Source: an uncultured Alphaproteobacteria bacterium
Lineage (GTDB): Bacteria > Pseudomonadota > Alphaproteobacteria > Rs-D84
DNA: 64,000 nucleotides
Direction: 5' to 3'
Assembly (NCBI GenBank): GCA_944389465.1
Contig: CALXML010000004.1
Location: 14,578 to 78,577 of the forward strand
How positions within the stretch are numbered: position 1 is the stretch's first letter; each line of letters begins with the position of its first letter. The translations under genes and the position numbers were made by a program. Shown piece by piece: positions 7,895-17,721 of the stretch. The notes under the pieces were generated by a model that had not been told where the DNA came from, searched no databases, and saw only the letters and a list, made by a program, of their open reading frames with translations.

Positions 7895-10800
7895 TTATGC
7901 TTTTTCAATATTAATTGATAAATCATAACCTTCAACAGATGTATTATACACCCCATTTTCACTTTGCGACATATTTTTTATCAGTGCATCACGCATAATA
8001 CGGTCACGATGTTGTTCAATGGCGTTTGCCAGTGCAGGTTCTGCATAATACGTCATATTTATACGGTCAGAAACATCCAATCCGATTTCTTTGCGTGTAT
8101 CTTGGATAAAACGCAGGGTGTCATTTGCCAACCCTTCGGCAACCAGTTCAGAATTAATTTCTGTATCCAGCACAATAACAGCGGTATTATCAGGCAATGC
8201 AGCACCAGTTATATTATCACGCAATGTTAAACGTTTTTCAAATTCATCTGCATTTAATGTATATTCGCCAACGTATAATTTTCCATCACGAATTTCATAA
8301 TTACCCTGTTTAACAGCAGGAATAATTTCCTTTAATGCGCCACCCAAACGTGCACCAATTTTTGGTGTAATCAGATATACAAACGCATCAGCCACACTGC
8401 TAACATCATTTGTAAATTCCACAGATTTTACATTTAATTCATCACGGATAATATCTGAATATTCATTTAAATCTGCACCGGCCACAGTCAGTTTATTTAA
8501 AGGCAAACGATTACGTAATTTATATTGTTCGCGTAATTGTTTTCCAACTGATACAACCGATTGCACACGTCGCATATCAGCAACAATTTTTTTGTCATAT
8601 TGTTCAGCCGTTGGGAAAGACTGTAAATGCACACTTTCTGCACCAGTTAAATTTTTATAAATATAATCAGATATAAATGGTGCAAATGGTGCCAGCGCAC
8701 GGCATAACACGGTCAGCACTGTATACAGCGTATCAAACGCGTTTTGTTCTTCGTCCCAGAAACGCACACGTCCACGACGAATGTACCAGTTATTCAGCAC
8801 GTCCAAGAAACGAACAATTTCTTTGATTGCCACATCTGGTTTATATTCATCCAATGCGCCCCCAACAACTGAAACCAGTTCATTTAATTCCGCGATAATG
8901 TATTTATCCAATACATTTTCAGAATTTACATTTTCACGCGCAGTAATATTTCCTGCATTCGCATATAATGTAAAGAAGTGATACGCATTCCACAGTGGTG
9001 TTAATATCGTTTTTGTTGATTCAGAAAATACCTTGCCGGCCATATCAATGCCAACCGGTTCAGCCTTCAGGAAATTAGAACCCAATATAAACAGTCGCAC
9101 TGCATCCGCACCATATTTTTCAATCTGTTCAGATGGGTTAACAAAATTCCCCAGTGATTTAGACATTTTCTTTTTATTATCATCAACCACCATACCGTTA
9201 ACAGACACTGTTTTGAATGCAGGCTGGTCAAACAAAGCGGTCGCCAACACCATTAACGAATAAAACCACCCACGTGTTTGGTCTTGGCCCTCTATGATAT
9301 AATCTGCTGGGAAAGTTTCTTGGAACTTGTCAGCATTTTCAAACGGATAATGCAACGACGCAAACGGCATAGAACCGGATTCAACCCAACAGTCCAAAAC
9401 ATCTGGAATACGTGTCCAACCATCTTTGGTTAATTTATCCAATGTTGGACGATGCAGGTCATCAATCTTTTCGCCAAAGAAATCTTCTATTTCCGCAATA
9501 GAACCAAATACCTTGTATTCACCATCTTTTTCCCATATTGGCAGTGGTGTTCCCCAGAAACGATTGCGTGACACAGACCATGGGCGTGCGCCCTCTATCC
9601 ACGATAAAAATCTGTCACCAGCAGAAGTCCAATGTGTGTATTTTTTTGTGTTTTCAATTAATCGTTCACGAATCTTTGGTACATCAATATACCATGAATC
9701 AGTTGCACGATAAATTAACTTTTCTTTGCTGCGTGGCCCATATGGATAAGAATGCTTGTACTGCTCTTTCTTTACCAAATGCCCATTTTCGCGCAGATGT
9801 TGAATAATTTCAGGATTGGCTGTGAATATATTTTCACCGGCCCAATCGCGTACTTCATTGGTAAAGTTTCCATAATCATCAACATTTAAAATTACTGGGA
9901 ATTTAGCATCAATGTTTTTTGCCGCCCAAAAGTCATCTTCGCCATATGCGGGCGCAATATGCACAATACCAGTACCATCACTGTCGGAAACATAGTCTGC
10001 CGGTATAACCTGATATAACAAATCAGATTTTCCCACATAATAATCAAACAATGGTGTATAATGCAGGCCAACCAATTCAGTCCCCATAATTTCACCAATT
10101 TTTTCCGCGTTTGCAAATTGCTTTTCATACGCCCCCAGACGTGATTCAGCAATAATATAAACCGCACCATCGCTGTCACGCATACGCAGATATTTCATAT
10201 TTGGATTTACCGCCAATGCAGAATTTGCCGGCAAAGTCCACGGTGTTGTTGTCCACGCCAACACGCGGTCACCTGTTTCCAGTTCAAACCATACTGTTAT
10301 TGCATCATCAACAACATCCATATATTCAGATGATGCCTCGGAATTAGATAATACAGTGCCCAGTTTCCAGTCATATGGATTAACACGATAATCCTTGTAC
10401 AATAAACCGCGATTATATAATTCCTTGATTGCCCAAATAACAGATTCCATATAGTTTTTATCCATGGTGCGATAACCCTTGGCATCGCCACCATCAACCC
10501 AACGACCAATGCGTTCAATAAACTTCAGCCATTCATTTGAATATGTTAAAACATCCGCACGACACATATCACAAAAGGCAGCAATACCATCACTGGCAAC
10601 AATATCCTTGGCCTGTCTGTGTTGTTTTTTTTCAACAGACTGTTCGGCGGGCAATCCATGGCAATCCCACCCCAGTTCACGCACAACATGACGACCACGC
10701 ATTGTTTGATAACGACCAACCATATCCTTGACAGCAGAAACACCCAAATGCCCCCAGTGTGGCAAATTATTTGCAAACGGTGGCCCATCATAGAATGAAA

Positions 10801-10924
10801 AAGGATGCCCCAATTTGGTTTGATTTAAAGATTTATGGAACGTATCATCTTTACGCCAAAATTCCAGTATTTTATGTTCCAGTTCTGGAAAGTTAGCCTT
10901 TGTATCAGTCTTTGGATATGCCAT
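7895..10924 (-). CDS. ileS: Isoleucine-tRNA ligase, type 2
   Basis: DGPPFAN, GWDCHGLP, WTTTPWTL, SRNRFWGTP, DQTRGWFY, KMSKS; no C-terminal Zn finger. Confidence 0.97.
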   Translation of the reverse strand: MAYPKTDTKANFPELEHKILEFWRKDDTFHKSLNQTKLGHPFSFYDGPPFANNLPHWGHLGVSAVKDMVGRYQTMRGRHVVRELGWDCHGLPAEQSVEKKQHRQAKDIVASDGIAAFCDMCRADVLTYSNEWLKFIERIGRWVDGGDAKGYRTMDKNYMESVIWAIKELYNRGLLYKDYRVNPYDWKLGTVLSNSEASSEYMDVVDDAITVWFELETGDRVLAWTTTPWTLPANSALAVNPNMKYLRMRDSDGAVYIIAESRLGAYEKQFANAEKIGEIMGTELVGLHYTPLFDYYVGKSDLLYQVIPADYVSDSDGTGIVHIAPAYGEDDFWAAKNIDAKFPVILNVDDYGNFTNEVRDWAGENIFTANPEIIQHLRENGHLVKKEQYKHSYPYGPRSKEKLIYRATDSWYIDVPKIRERLIENTKKYTHWTSAGDRFLSWIEGARPWSVSRNRFWGTPLPIWEKDGEYKVFGSIAEIEDFFGEKIDDLHRPTLDKLTKDGWTRIPDVLDCWVESGSMPFASLHYPFENADKFQETFPADYIIEGQDQTRGWFYSLMVLATALFDQPAFKTVSVNGMVVDDNKKKMSKSLGNFVNPSEQIEKYGADAVRLFILGSNFLKAEPVGIDMAGKVFSESTKTILTPLWNAYHFFTLYANAGNITARENVNSENVLDKYIIAELNELVSVVGGALDEYKPDVAIKEIVRFLDVLNNWYIRRGRVRFWDEEQNAFDTLYTVLTVLCRALAPFAPFISDYIYKNLTGAESVHLQSFPTAEQYDKKIVADMRRVQSVVSVGKQLREQYKLRNRLPLNKLTVAGADLNEYSDIIRDELNVKSVEFTNDVSSVADAFVYLITPKIGARLGGALKEIIPAVKQGNYEIRDGKLYVGEYTLNADEFEKRLTLRDNITGAALPDNTAVIVLDTEINSELVAEGLANDTLRFIQDTRKEIGLDVSDRINMTYYAEPALANAIEQHRDRIMRDALIKNMSQSENGVYNTSVEGYDLSINIEKA

Positions 10925-10947
10925 GGTTAATTACTCCTTGTGCTTAT

Positions 10948-11032
10948 AAAAAACGGGCGCCTATGCGCCCCAGCCACGTGCAGAAGCGCATGTGCGGGAT
11001 TATTTTATAATAATTATTGTTGCCTTACTCAT
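10948..11032 (-). promoter_or_regulatory. ileS attenuator: leader peptide MSKATIIIIK (11032-11000), antiterminator and terminator
   Basis: Four tandem Ile codons; hairpin GGGCGC-ATAG-GCGCCC plus T6; ATGCGCTTC can pair with GGGGCGCAT. Confidence 0.85.
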
Positions 11033-11049
11033 ATACTAAAATCTTTATC

Positions 11050-11125
11050 TGGTGCCGGTTATAGGACTTGAACCTACGACCCCCTCATTACGAATGAGAT
11101 GCTCTACCAGCTGAGCTAAACCGGC
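11050..11125 (-). tRNA. tRNA-Thr(CGT)
   Basis: Cloverleaf GCCGGTT...AACCGGC-ACCA; anticodon loop TTCGTAA. Confidence 0.96.
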
Positions 11126-11154
11126 GCATGCGCATATAATAATATATGTTTATA

Positions 11155-12804
11155 TTAATTTCCACATTTAATTTTGCGCAGTACAACCATAATGCCGGCT
11201 GGTGTCATTCCAGATATACGGGATAATTCCGCGATATTTTCCGGCCGCGTGGCGGTTAATTTTTCAACCAATTCATTGGTCAGACCGGCCAAACCACGAT
11301 ATTCAAAATTGGTTGGAATTTTTAATGCGGCATCACGACGGTATGCGGCAATTTCACGTTCATTGCGCTGGATATATCCGGCATAGAATTTGTCATTTTC
11401 GCGAATTTTATCGGCGCGATACGCATATTTTTCATCCCGCGCGGCGGCATCCAACAACCCCAATGTCACCGCCATATCGCCCAGTCGTGCAATTGCATTA
11501 TCCGCACGCAACCGCAGACGATATTCCGCACGTGATGTAAACATACGATACGGCTCATCCACACCCAATGTTGTTATGTCATCAATCAACACACCAATCA
11601 TTGCGTTTGTTCTGTCCAATTGCACCGGCGGCAACCCCAGTGCATATGCGCCCGCATTTGCACCCGCAACAATGCCCTGTGCGGCGGCCTCTTCATATCC
11701 AGATGTGCCATTTATTTGTCCCGCAAAGAATAAACCTGATATGTCTTTGGATTCCAGCGTGCTGCGCAATGCGCGTGCATCAATTGCATCATATTCAATT
11801 GCATATCCATAACGTGCAATACGTGCGTTTTCCAGTGCTGGGATTGTGCGAATCCATTTATCCTGTATATCTGCGCCGAAACTGGTTGAAATACCGTTTG
11901 GGTAAATTAAGTCACTGTCCAGTCCCTCGGGTTCCAGAAAAACATGATGTGATGTATGTTCTGGAAAACGCATAACCTTGTCTTCTATGCTGGGGCAATA
12001 TCGTGGGCCTGTGCCCTGAATATCGCCATTATACATTGGGGCATTACTAATATTTTCACGAATTATATCATGTGTTTGTTGATTTGTATGCGTGATATAG
12101 CAAACAGCATCATAATTATTTGCCGGATTTGGTGCACTGAACCAATCATGTGGTGTGTCACCCCGTTGCAGTTCACATACAGAAAAATCAACAGAATCAC
12201 GATATATACGTGCGGGCGTTCCTGTTTTCAGACGCATTAATTTAAACCCAGCATTCGCCAATACGCCCGATATATTTTTATCAGCCGCCTGATATTTTCC
12301 ATCATCCATCATACGACCAGAAGGAATTTTTTCCGTACCACGTGTTACCAATCCGCGCAGGAAAGTTCCCGTCGTCAACACAATTGCACGCGCTGAATAT
12401 TTATTGTTTATAACTTTGCGTTCAATATCCAAACTGTCAACGGGTTCAAATTGCAGGGTCAAATTTTTATAATTATTCAGAATTTGTGTGATTGCATTGT
12501 GATACAGATTTCTGTCTATTTGCGCACGTAACGCTTGGGTTGCTGCGCCATGTGATGCATTCAGCGTACGAAAATGAATGCCGGCCGCATCAGCCGCACG
12601 CCCCATAACCCCGCCCAATGCATCTATTTCTGCAACCATTTGGGATTTTCCGGCCCCACCTATACTGGGGTTACAAGACATTGCACCTAAATCAGTCGCA
12701 CATTGTGTTATTAACAATGTGCGTGCACCACGTCTGGCGGCGGCGGCGGCGGCTTCGGTTCCTGCGTGTCCACCACCAATAACAATCACATCAAATTCAG
12801 TCAT
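11155..12804 (-). CDS. mnmG: tRNA uridine-5-carboxymethylaminomethyl modification enzyme (short form)
   Basis: GGGHAGTEAA, MSCNPSIGG, RLKTGTP, GPRYCPSIEDK, GQINGTSGYEEAAAQG, EPYRMFTSRAEYRL. Confidence 0.97.
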   Translation of the reverse strand: MTEFDVIVIGGGHAGTEAAAAAARRGARTLLITQCATDLGAMSCNPSIGGAGKSQMVAEIDALGGVMGRAADAAGIHFRTLNASHGAATQALRAQIDRNLYHNAITQILNNYKNLTLQFEPVDSLDIERKVINNKYSARAIVLTTGTFLRGLVTRGTEKIPSGRMMDDGKYQAADKNISGVLANAGFKLMRLKTGTPARIYRDSVDFSVCELQRGDTPHDWFSAPNPANNYDAVCYITHTNQQTHDIIRENISNAPMYNGDIQGTGPRYCPSIEDKVMRFPEHTSHHVFLEPEGLDSDLIYPNGISTSFGADIQDKWIRTIPALENARIARYGYAIEYDAIDARALRSTLESKDISGLFFAGQINGTSGYEEAAAQGIVAGANAGAYALGLPPVQLDRTNAMIGVLIDDITTLGVDEPYRMFTSRAEYRLRLRADNAIARLGDMAVTLGLLDAAARDEKYAYRADKIRENDKFYAGYIQRNEREIAAYRRDAALKIPTNFEYRGLAGLTNELVEKLTATRPENIAELSRISGMTPAGIMVVLRKIKCGN

Positions 12805-12807
12805 TGA

Positions 12808-13536
12808 TTAGAACCGTCCCATACCACCGTTTATGTGTAAAACCTGACCATTGATGTATGATGATTCATCAGATGCCAAAAATACACATGCATACGCAAT
12901 ATCATCTGGTTCGCCAAAGCGTCCCGCTGGGATTTGTGCCAAATATGATTTTTTCAAATCATCAGATAATACGTCTGTCATTGGGGTTTTAATGAACCCC
13001 GGTGCAATACAGTTTGCAGTGATACCACGTGAACCAACCTCGGCCGCGATGGATTTAGTCATTGCAATCATACCACCCTTGGACGCGGCATAGTTCGCCT
13101 GTCCTGCACCACCAATTGCACCAATAATAGATGCCATATTAATAATGCGACCACTGCGATTTTTCATCATTGGCATAATAACCGCGCGACATATTTTGAA
13201 ACAAGAACGCAGGTTAGTATTAATTACATCGTTAAATTGTTCGTCTGACATACGCATTAACAGTGTATCTTTGGTAATGCCGGCATTGTTAACAACAATG
13301 TCAATTTTGCCGGCTGTATCAATTGTGGATGCAACCAAATCAATTGCGCCACTGTCAGATGCCAAATCAATTGGAATTTTGATATATGAATTATCAAACT
13401 GTGCATCCAATTTATCCATACTGCGCCCAGTCACAACAACGGTTGCGCCGGCCTGTTTCATACGTTTTGCGATTGCGCCACCGATACCACCGGTTGCGCC
13501 AGTAATTAATGCAACTTTACCTGTTAAATCAAACAT
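12808..13536 (-). CDS. fabG: 3-oxoacyl-ACP reductase
   Basis: TGATGGIG, NNAGITKD, NYAASKGG. Confidence 0.96.
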   Translation of the reverse strand: MFDLTGKVALITGATGGIGGAIAKRMKQAGATVVVTGRSMDKLDAQFDNSYIKIPIDLASDSGAIDLVASTIDTAGKIDIVVNNAGITKDTLLMRMSDEQFNDVINTNLRSCFKICRAVIMPMMKNRSGRIINMASIIGAIGGAGQANYAASKGGMIAMTKSIAAEVGSRGITANCIAPGFIKTPMTDVLSDDLKKSYLAQIPAGRFGEPDDIAYACVFLASDESSYINGQVLHINGGMGRF

Positions 13537-13537
13537 T

Positions 13538-14413
13538 TTATATCTCCAATTTTTTTGCTGTCATTTCTGGACATATGCGTGGGGTCAGTCCGGTCAATAC
13601 TGCACCGGGGCCAACCTCTATGGTTTCTGTGATTCCCAATTCATGCATTTTCAACACGGATTCACGCCACCGCACACCATGCGTAATTTGGTATATTAAC
13701 GCTTCTTTTATTTCAGTCGGGTCGGTCATAGGCGCGGCAGTTTTATTAGAAATTAAAATTGCCCGTGGTGTTTTTATTTCTATGTTTTCCAGTGCTGCAC
13801 GCATTTCATCTGCGGCCTGTGCCTGAATGCGGCAATGTACCGGCACGGACAGTGCCAATGGCATTGCGCGTTTTGCGCCTGCCTCTTTGGCCAGTACCAT
13901 TGTTTTTTCTACTATATCGCGTGCACCAGAAATAACAACCTGACCGGGGGAATTATCGTTTGCCACATCACAGTCAGTTTTTGCACATATTTCACGCACC
14001 TGTTCAATGGTCAGCCCTAAAATTACCGCGGTTAATCCCGCACCAACCGGTACTGCGCGTTGCATTGCATCCCCACGCAGGCGTAATAATTTTGCCGTAT
14101 CGCCAACCGATAATGCGCCGGCCGCACACAATGCGGTATATTCACCCAACGAATGCCCCGCAACATATTCTGTCAGTTCTGTGCCTGATGCACGCAGCAT
14201 AGCAATTGACACAGCCATAATTGCAGGCTGAACATTTGTTGTTAACGTTAATTCATCCATTGGCCCGTTAAAGATAATATCAGACAATTTTTGATTTAAC
14301 GCATCGTCCACTTCGTCAAACACGGCACGTGCGTCTGGATTATTATCATATAATTCACGCCCCATACCGACCGATTGAGAACCCTGACCGGGGAAAACAA
14401 GTACAGATGACAT
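13538..14413 (-). CDS. fabD: Malonyl-CoA-ACP transacylase
   Basis: FPGQGSQ, GHSLGEY, NSPGQVVISG; ATG 14413 after AAGGAG. Confidence 0.96.
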   Translation of the reverse strand: MSSVLVFPGQGSQSVGMGRELYDNNPDARAVFDEVDDALNQKLSDIIFNGPMDELTLTTNVQPAIMAVSIAMLRASGTELTEYVAGHSLGEYTALCAAGALSVGDTAKLLRLRGDAMQRAVPVGAGLTAVILGLTIEQVREICAKTDCDVANDNSPGQVVISGARDIVEKTMVLAKEAGAKRAMPLALSVPVHCRIQAQAADEMRAALENIEIKTPRAILISNKTAAPMTDPTEIKEALIYQITHGVRWRESVLKMHELGITETIEVGPGAVLTGLTPRICPEMTAKKLEI

Positions 14414-14469
14414 ATACACTCCTTTTACATCGTGGTAATTATAGAATTGAAATACGTTATGCGCAAATA

Positions 14470-15042
14470 TTATCTGATGGGGATAATTTTTTGTTTTTCT
14501 GCATTATTTTTATCGCGCGTTGGGCGCATTGAAAATTCACACCCACAATAATTTTGCCGATAAAAATCAGATGCACGTCCAATTTGTTGACGTAATTCTT
14601 CATCCCATTTAATTGGAATATATTGTGCACCCAATGCATTGTTACCGGCATCGTCAACCTGTGATTGACTTTTGTGACGCGATACACCAAACACAGATGT
14701 TACCGCGTCATATCCGTGTTCTGTGGCCCACCGACGTGCATATTCAAAACGAAATTGAAAGCATATACTGCATCGTGCACCACGTTCAGGTTCATTTTCC
14801 ATTCCACGCACAGCATCCCGCCACGCGACGTGGTCATATTCACCAATGGCGTATTTAACCCCAAATTGTTCACAGTACCGTATTTGTTCGGCCAATCTTT
14901 TATCATATTCAGCGGCCGGAAAAATATTAGGGTTAAAAAACAGCACAATAAAATCATCAACGTTTGGTATTTCACCATCCGCCAATTGCTTTATCGCGCC
15001 CGCACTGCATGGCGCACAACACGACATTAACACCAGTTTCAT
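14470..15042 (-). CDS. queH: Epoxyqueuosine reductase QueH
   Basis: CCAPCS, NPNI.P..EY.KR, ERGARC..C, YRQNYCGC. Confidence 0.9.
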   Translation of the reverse strand: MKLVLMSCCAPCSAGAIKQLADGEIPNVDDFIVLFFNPNIFPAAEYDKRLAEQIRYCEQFGVKYAIGEYDHVAWRDAVRGMENEPERGARCSICFQFRFEYARRWATEHGYDAVTSVFGVSRHKSQSQVDDAGNNALGAQYIPIKWDEELRQQIGRASDFYRQNYCGCEFSMRPTRDKNNAEKQKIIPIR

Positions 15043-15049
15043 TTTTACT

Positions 15050-15307
15050 TTATCGTATGCGATTAATATTACGTAACTTTATTGCACGTAAAATAATCGT
15101 TTCAGCCTGTTCCATATTATCAGATTTAATAATAATGTTCGGTTTGTTTTGGTTTAATGTGAAATATACGTTCGGCAATCTGGCAGATATGTATTCCAGC
15201 AACTTGCATTGTTCTGCACCCTTGCATGATTTAAAAGATTTACACATATTGCAACTGAATGCGAAATTTTGTTCATTTAAATTAATATATATTTTTCTGT
15301 CAAACAT
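15050..15307 (-). CDS. Hypothetical protein with a CxxC-x5-C-x5-C cluster
   Basis: 85-aa ORF with AAGG RBS, tightly packed between metG and queH. Confidence 0.65.
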   Translation of the reverse strand: MFDRKIYINLNEQNFAFSCNMCKSFKSCKGAEQCKLLEYISARLPNVYFTLNQNKPNIIIKSDNMEQAETIILRAIKLRNINRIR

Positions 15308-15316
15308 ATTTTACCT

Positions 15317-17323
15317 TTATTTTTTATAAACACTGCCGATTGTGGCATCGTCCCCCAATTCAATCAGGTCCTCTGCATTTTCGCCAACACCTAATTCAGC
15401 GGCACTGCACATCATCCCATATGATTCAGTACCTGCAACAGTGCGTTGAACGATGGGCTTTTTAGAGCCATGTAACACGCAACCAATTGGTGCCAATACG
15501 CCAATCATACCGGCGCGTACATTCGGTGCACCACATACAATTTGTAATTCGTGATTTACCCCGTCGTCCACCGTTAAAATATGCAGATTTTCACGTGTTG
15601 GATGTTGACGTACATCAACAATCTTTGCCACGGTTGGTTGTGGTGTATCATCGGTTTTTGGTGCATATTGCGCCGTCAGTTTTGCAACAGTTTCATCATC
15701 TAGGCGTGAAAACAGATTTTCAGGCACGGTAAATTTTGCACCATCTGTGATACGTGGCGCGTATTCAGTTGGCCATGATAAATCTAAATTTGTATCAACA
15801 AATATGTCGCGCATTTTTTCGGCTGCATTTGGTATAAATGGTGCGGATACACGCGCATATAAATCAATTAATTGAAAACAGGTGTTTAATATCGCGCCTG
15901 CGGTATTCATATCACCGTTTTTTACCAATGTCCATGGTTCATGCACCGTCATATATTCATTGCCAATTGCGTACAGTGAACGTAACGCGACAATTGCAGC
16001 GCGAAATTCGCACGCATCCAACGCGGTTGTTAATTCGCGCAATTTTTCATTTATTTGTGATTCAATGTCTGCATTATGTGCACCAGCGGCCGGCACAGTA
16101 TCGCCAAAGTTTTTATTTGTTAATTTGCAAACGCGGGATACAAAATTCCCCAACATACCATTTAAATCCTTGTTCACAATATCGGCAAAACGTTCAAAAG
16201 TAAAATTCGTATCATCCGTTTCTGGGGCCGACGCCATTAATGCATAACGCCATGCATCTGCCGGCGCAACGGATACAGCGTCACTTAAAAACACCCCACG
16301 ATTTTGTGATTTAGAAAATTTGCCGCCCTCAAAGTTCAGGAAATTCATAGATTTTAACATATCCACTGTTTTCCAGCCCTCGTTCATGGCCAATTGTTGT
16401 TCAGGGAAAAATACGGCATGGAATTTAACATTATCCTTGCCCATAAATTGTGCATAATAACAATCATCATTTTTCCACCAAGACGCCCAATCATCGGTTG
16501 CGGCCTGTGAAATAGAAACATATCCCCACGGTGCGTCAAACCATACATAAAAAACTTTGTTTTCGTATCCGTCCTTGTTAACAGAAATGCCCCACGGCAA
16601 ATCACGGGTAATGGACGTATCACGCAGTTCATCATTTGCCCAACCCTGTGCAATTGCTGCGGCGGTGCGTGACCATTTTGGTGCATGTGATTTTAACCAT
16701 TCGCGCCATACGCCCTGTACACGTGATGCCAAGAAAAACAGATTTTTTGTTGGCCGCATTTCAATATTCGTACTGCCAGAAATTGTACTGCGCGGATTAA
16801 TTAGTTCAGATGCGTCATATGTTGCACTGCAATTATCACATTGGTCACCACGTGCATTGTCATATCCGCATTTTGGACATGTTCCAACCAATTGTCTGTC
16901 TGCCAGAAACATATTGTCATCAACGGAAAAAGGCTGCAGTGTTTCACGTTCTTCTATTAATCCCAAACTGTCCAAACGGTTAAACAGTTCATGTATTAAT
17001 TTTTCCTGTAATTTGGTGTGTGTGCGACCATACAGGTCAAATGATAAATTAAAATCGCGCACTGCACGCAGTTGCCGTTCATAGTATTTATTGTTGTATT
17101 CCAAAATGGGCATATTCTCTTTCATTGCACCAACAACGGCCGGTGTACCGTGTTCATCAGCCCCACAAACATATAAAACATCGCGCCCACGCGCACGACA
17201 AAAACGTGCATATACGTCAGACGGCAACCAACATCCCACCAAATGCCCCAAATGCAGTTCGCCATTTACATACGGCAATGCGGATGTAATTAAATATTTT
17301 TGTTTTTTATTGCTTGTTGTCAT
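15317..17323 (-). CDS. metG: Methionine-tRNA ligase with a C-terminal OB-fold tRNA-binding domain
   Basis: ALPYVNG.LHLGH, DEHG, CPKC...CDNC, YVWFDA, KFSKS. Confidence 0.97.
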   Translation of the reverse strand: MTTSNKKQKYLITSALPYVNGELHLGHLVGCWLPSDVYARFCRARGRDVLYVCGADEHGTPAVVGAMKENMPILEYNNKYYERQLRAVRDFNLSFDLYGRTHTKLQEKLIHELFNRLDSLGLIEERETLQPFSVDDNMFLADRQLVGTCPKCGYDNARGDQCDNCSATYDASELINPRSTISGSTNIEMRPTKNLFFLASRVQGVWREWLKSHAPKWSRTAAAIAQGWANDELRDTSITRDLPWGISVNKDGYENKVFYVWFDAPWGYVSISQAATDDWASWWKNDDCYYAQFMGKDNVKFHAVFFPEQQLAMNEGWKTVDMLKSMNFLNFEGGKFSKSQNRGVFLSDAVSVAPADAWRYALMASAPETDDTNFTFERFADIVNKDLNGMLGNFVSRVCKLTNKNFGDTVPAAGAHNADIESQINEKLRELTTALDACEFRAAIVALRSLYAIGNEYMTVHEPWTLVKNGDMNTAGAILNTCFQLIDLYARVSAPFIPNAAEKMRDIFVDTNLDLSWPTEYAPRITDGAKFTVPENLFSRLDDETVAKLTAQYAPKTDDTPQPTVAKIVDVRQHPTRENLHILTVDDGVNHELQIVCGAPNVRAGMIGVLAPIGCVLHGSKKPIVQRTVAGTESYGMMCSAAELGVGENAEDLIELGDDATIGSVYKK

Positions 17324-17340
17324 TATTTATGCCCTTTTGT

Positions 17341-17420
17341 AAAAATATATGGGTGCCCAACGGGGCACCCATGAATCCCGTCAGAATTTTTTATTAAAAT
17401 TAATTATACATTCGCATCAT
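17341..17420 (-). promoter_or_regulatory. metG attenuator: leader peptide MMRMYN (17420-17400), antiterminator and terminator
   Basis: Three Met in six codons; 10-bp hairpin ATGGGTGCCC/GGGCACCCAT plus T-rich tail; upstream GACGGG can pair with CCCGTT. Confidence 0.72.
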
Positions 17421-17461
17421 TTTTTATAACTTAATTTTTATATTATGTCTTGCGGTGGCCT

Positions 17462-17488
17462 GCCACCCGAAGCCTTGGCGAAGGGTGG
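17462..17488. repeat. REP-like palindrome CCAC-CCGAAGCCTTGGCGAAGG-GTGG
   Basis: Related copy at 46770-46798; abuts the tRNA-Val 3' end. Confidence 0.7.
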
Positions 17489-17562
17489 TGGGTGGTATTG
17501 GACTCGAACCAACGACCTTTACGATGTCAACGTAACGCTCTAACCAACTGAGCTAACCACCC
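17486..17562 (-). tRNA. tRNA-Val(GAC)
   Basis: GGGTGGT...ACCACCC-ACCA; anticodon arm TTACG-TTGACAT-CGTAA. Confidence 0.96.
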
Positions 17563-17721
17563 GAAACCGTTTCAAAATGTATGTCAGGTAAAAATATCCC
17601 TGTCATTACCCGCGTGATTATACCAAACAAAATTCAGATTGCAATATTAAATTAGTTTTGTACCGTCGTTATCCCGCGGTTCAAACAAATTGGCCAGCGT
17701 TTGCCGGCCTGTTTTGTTATT

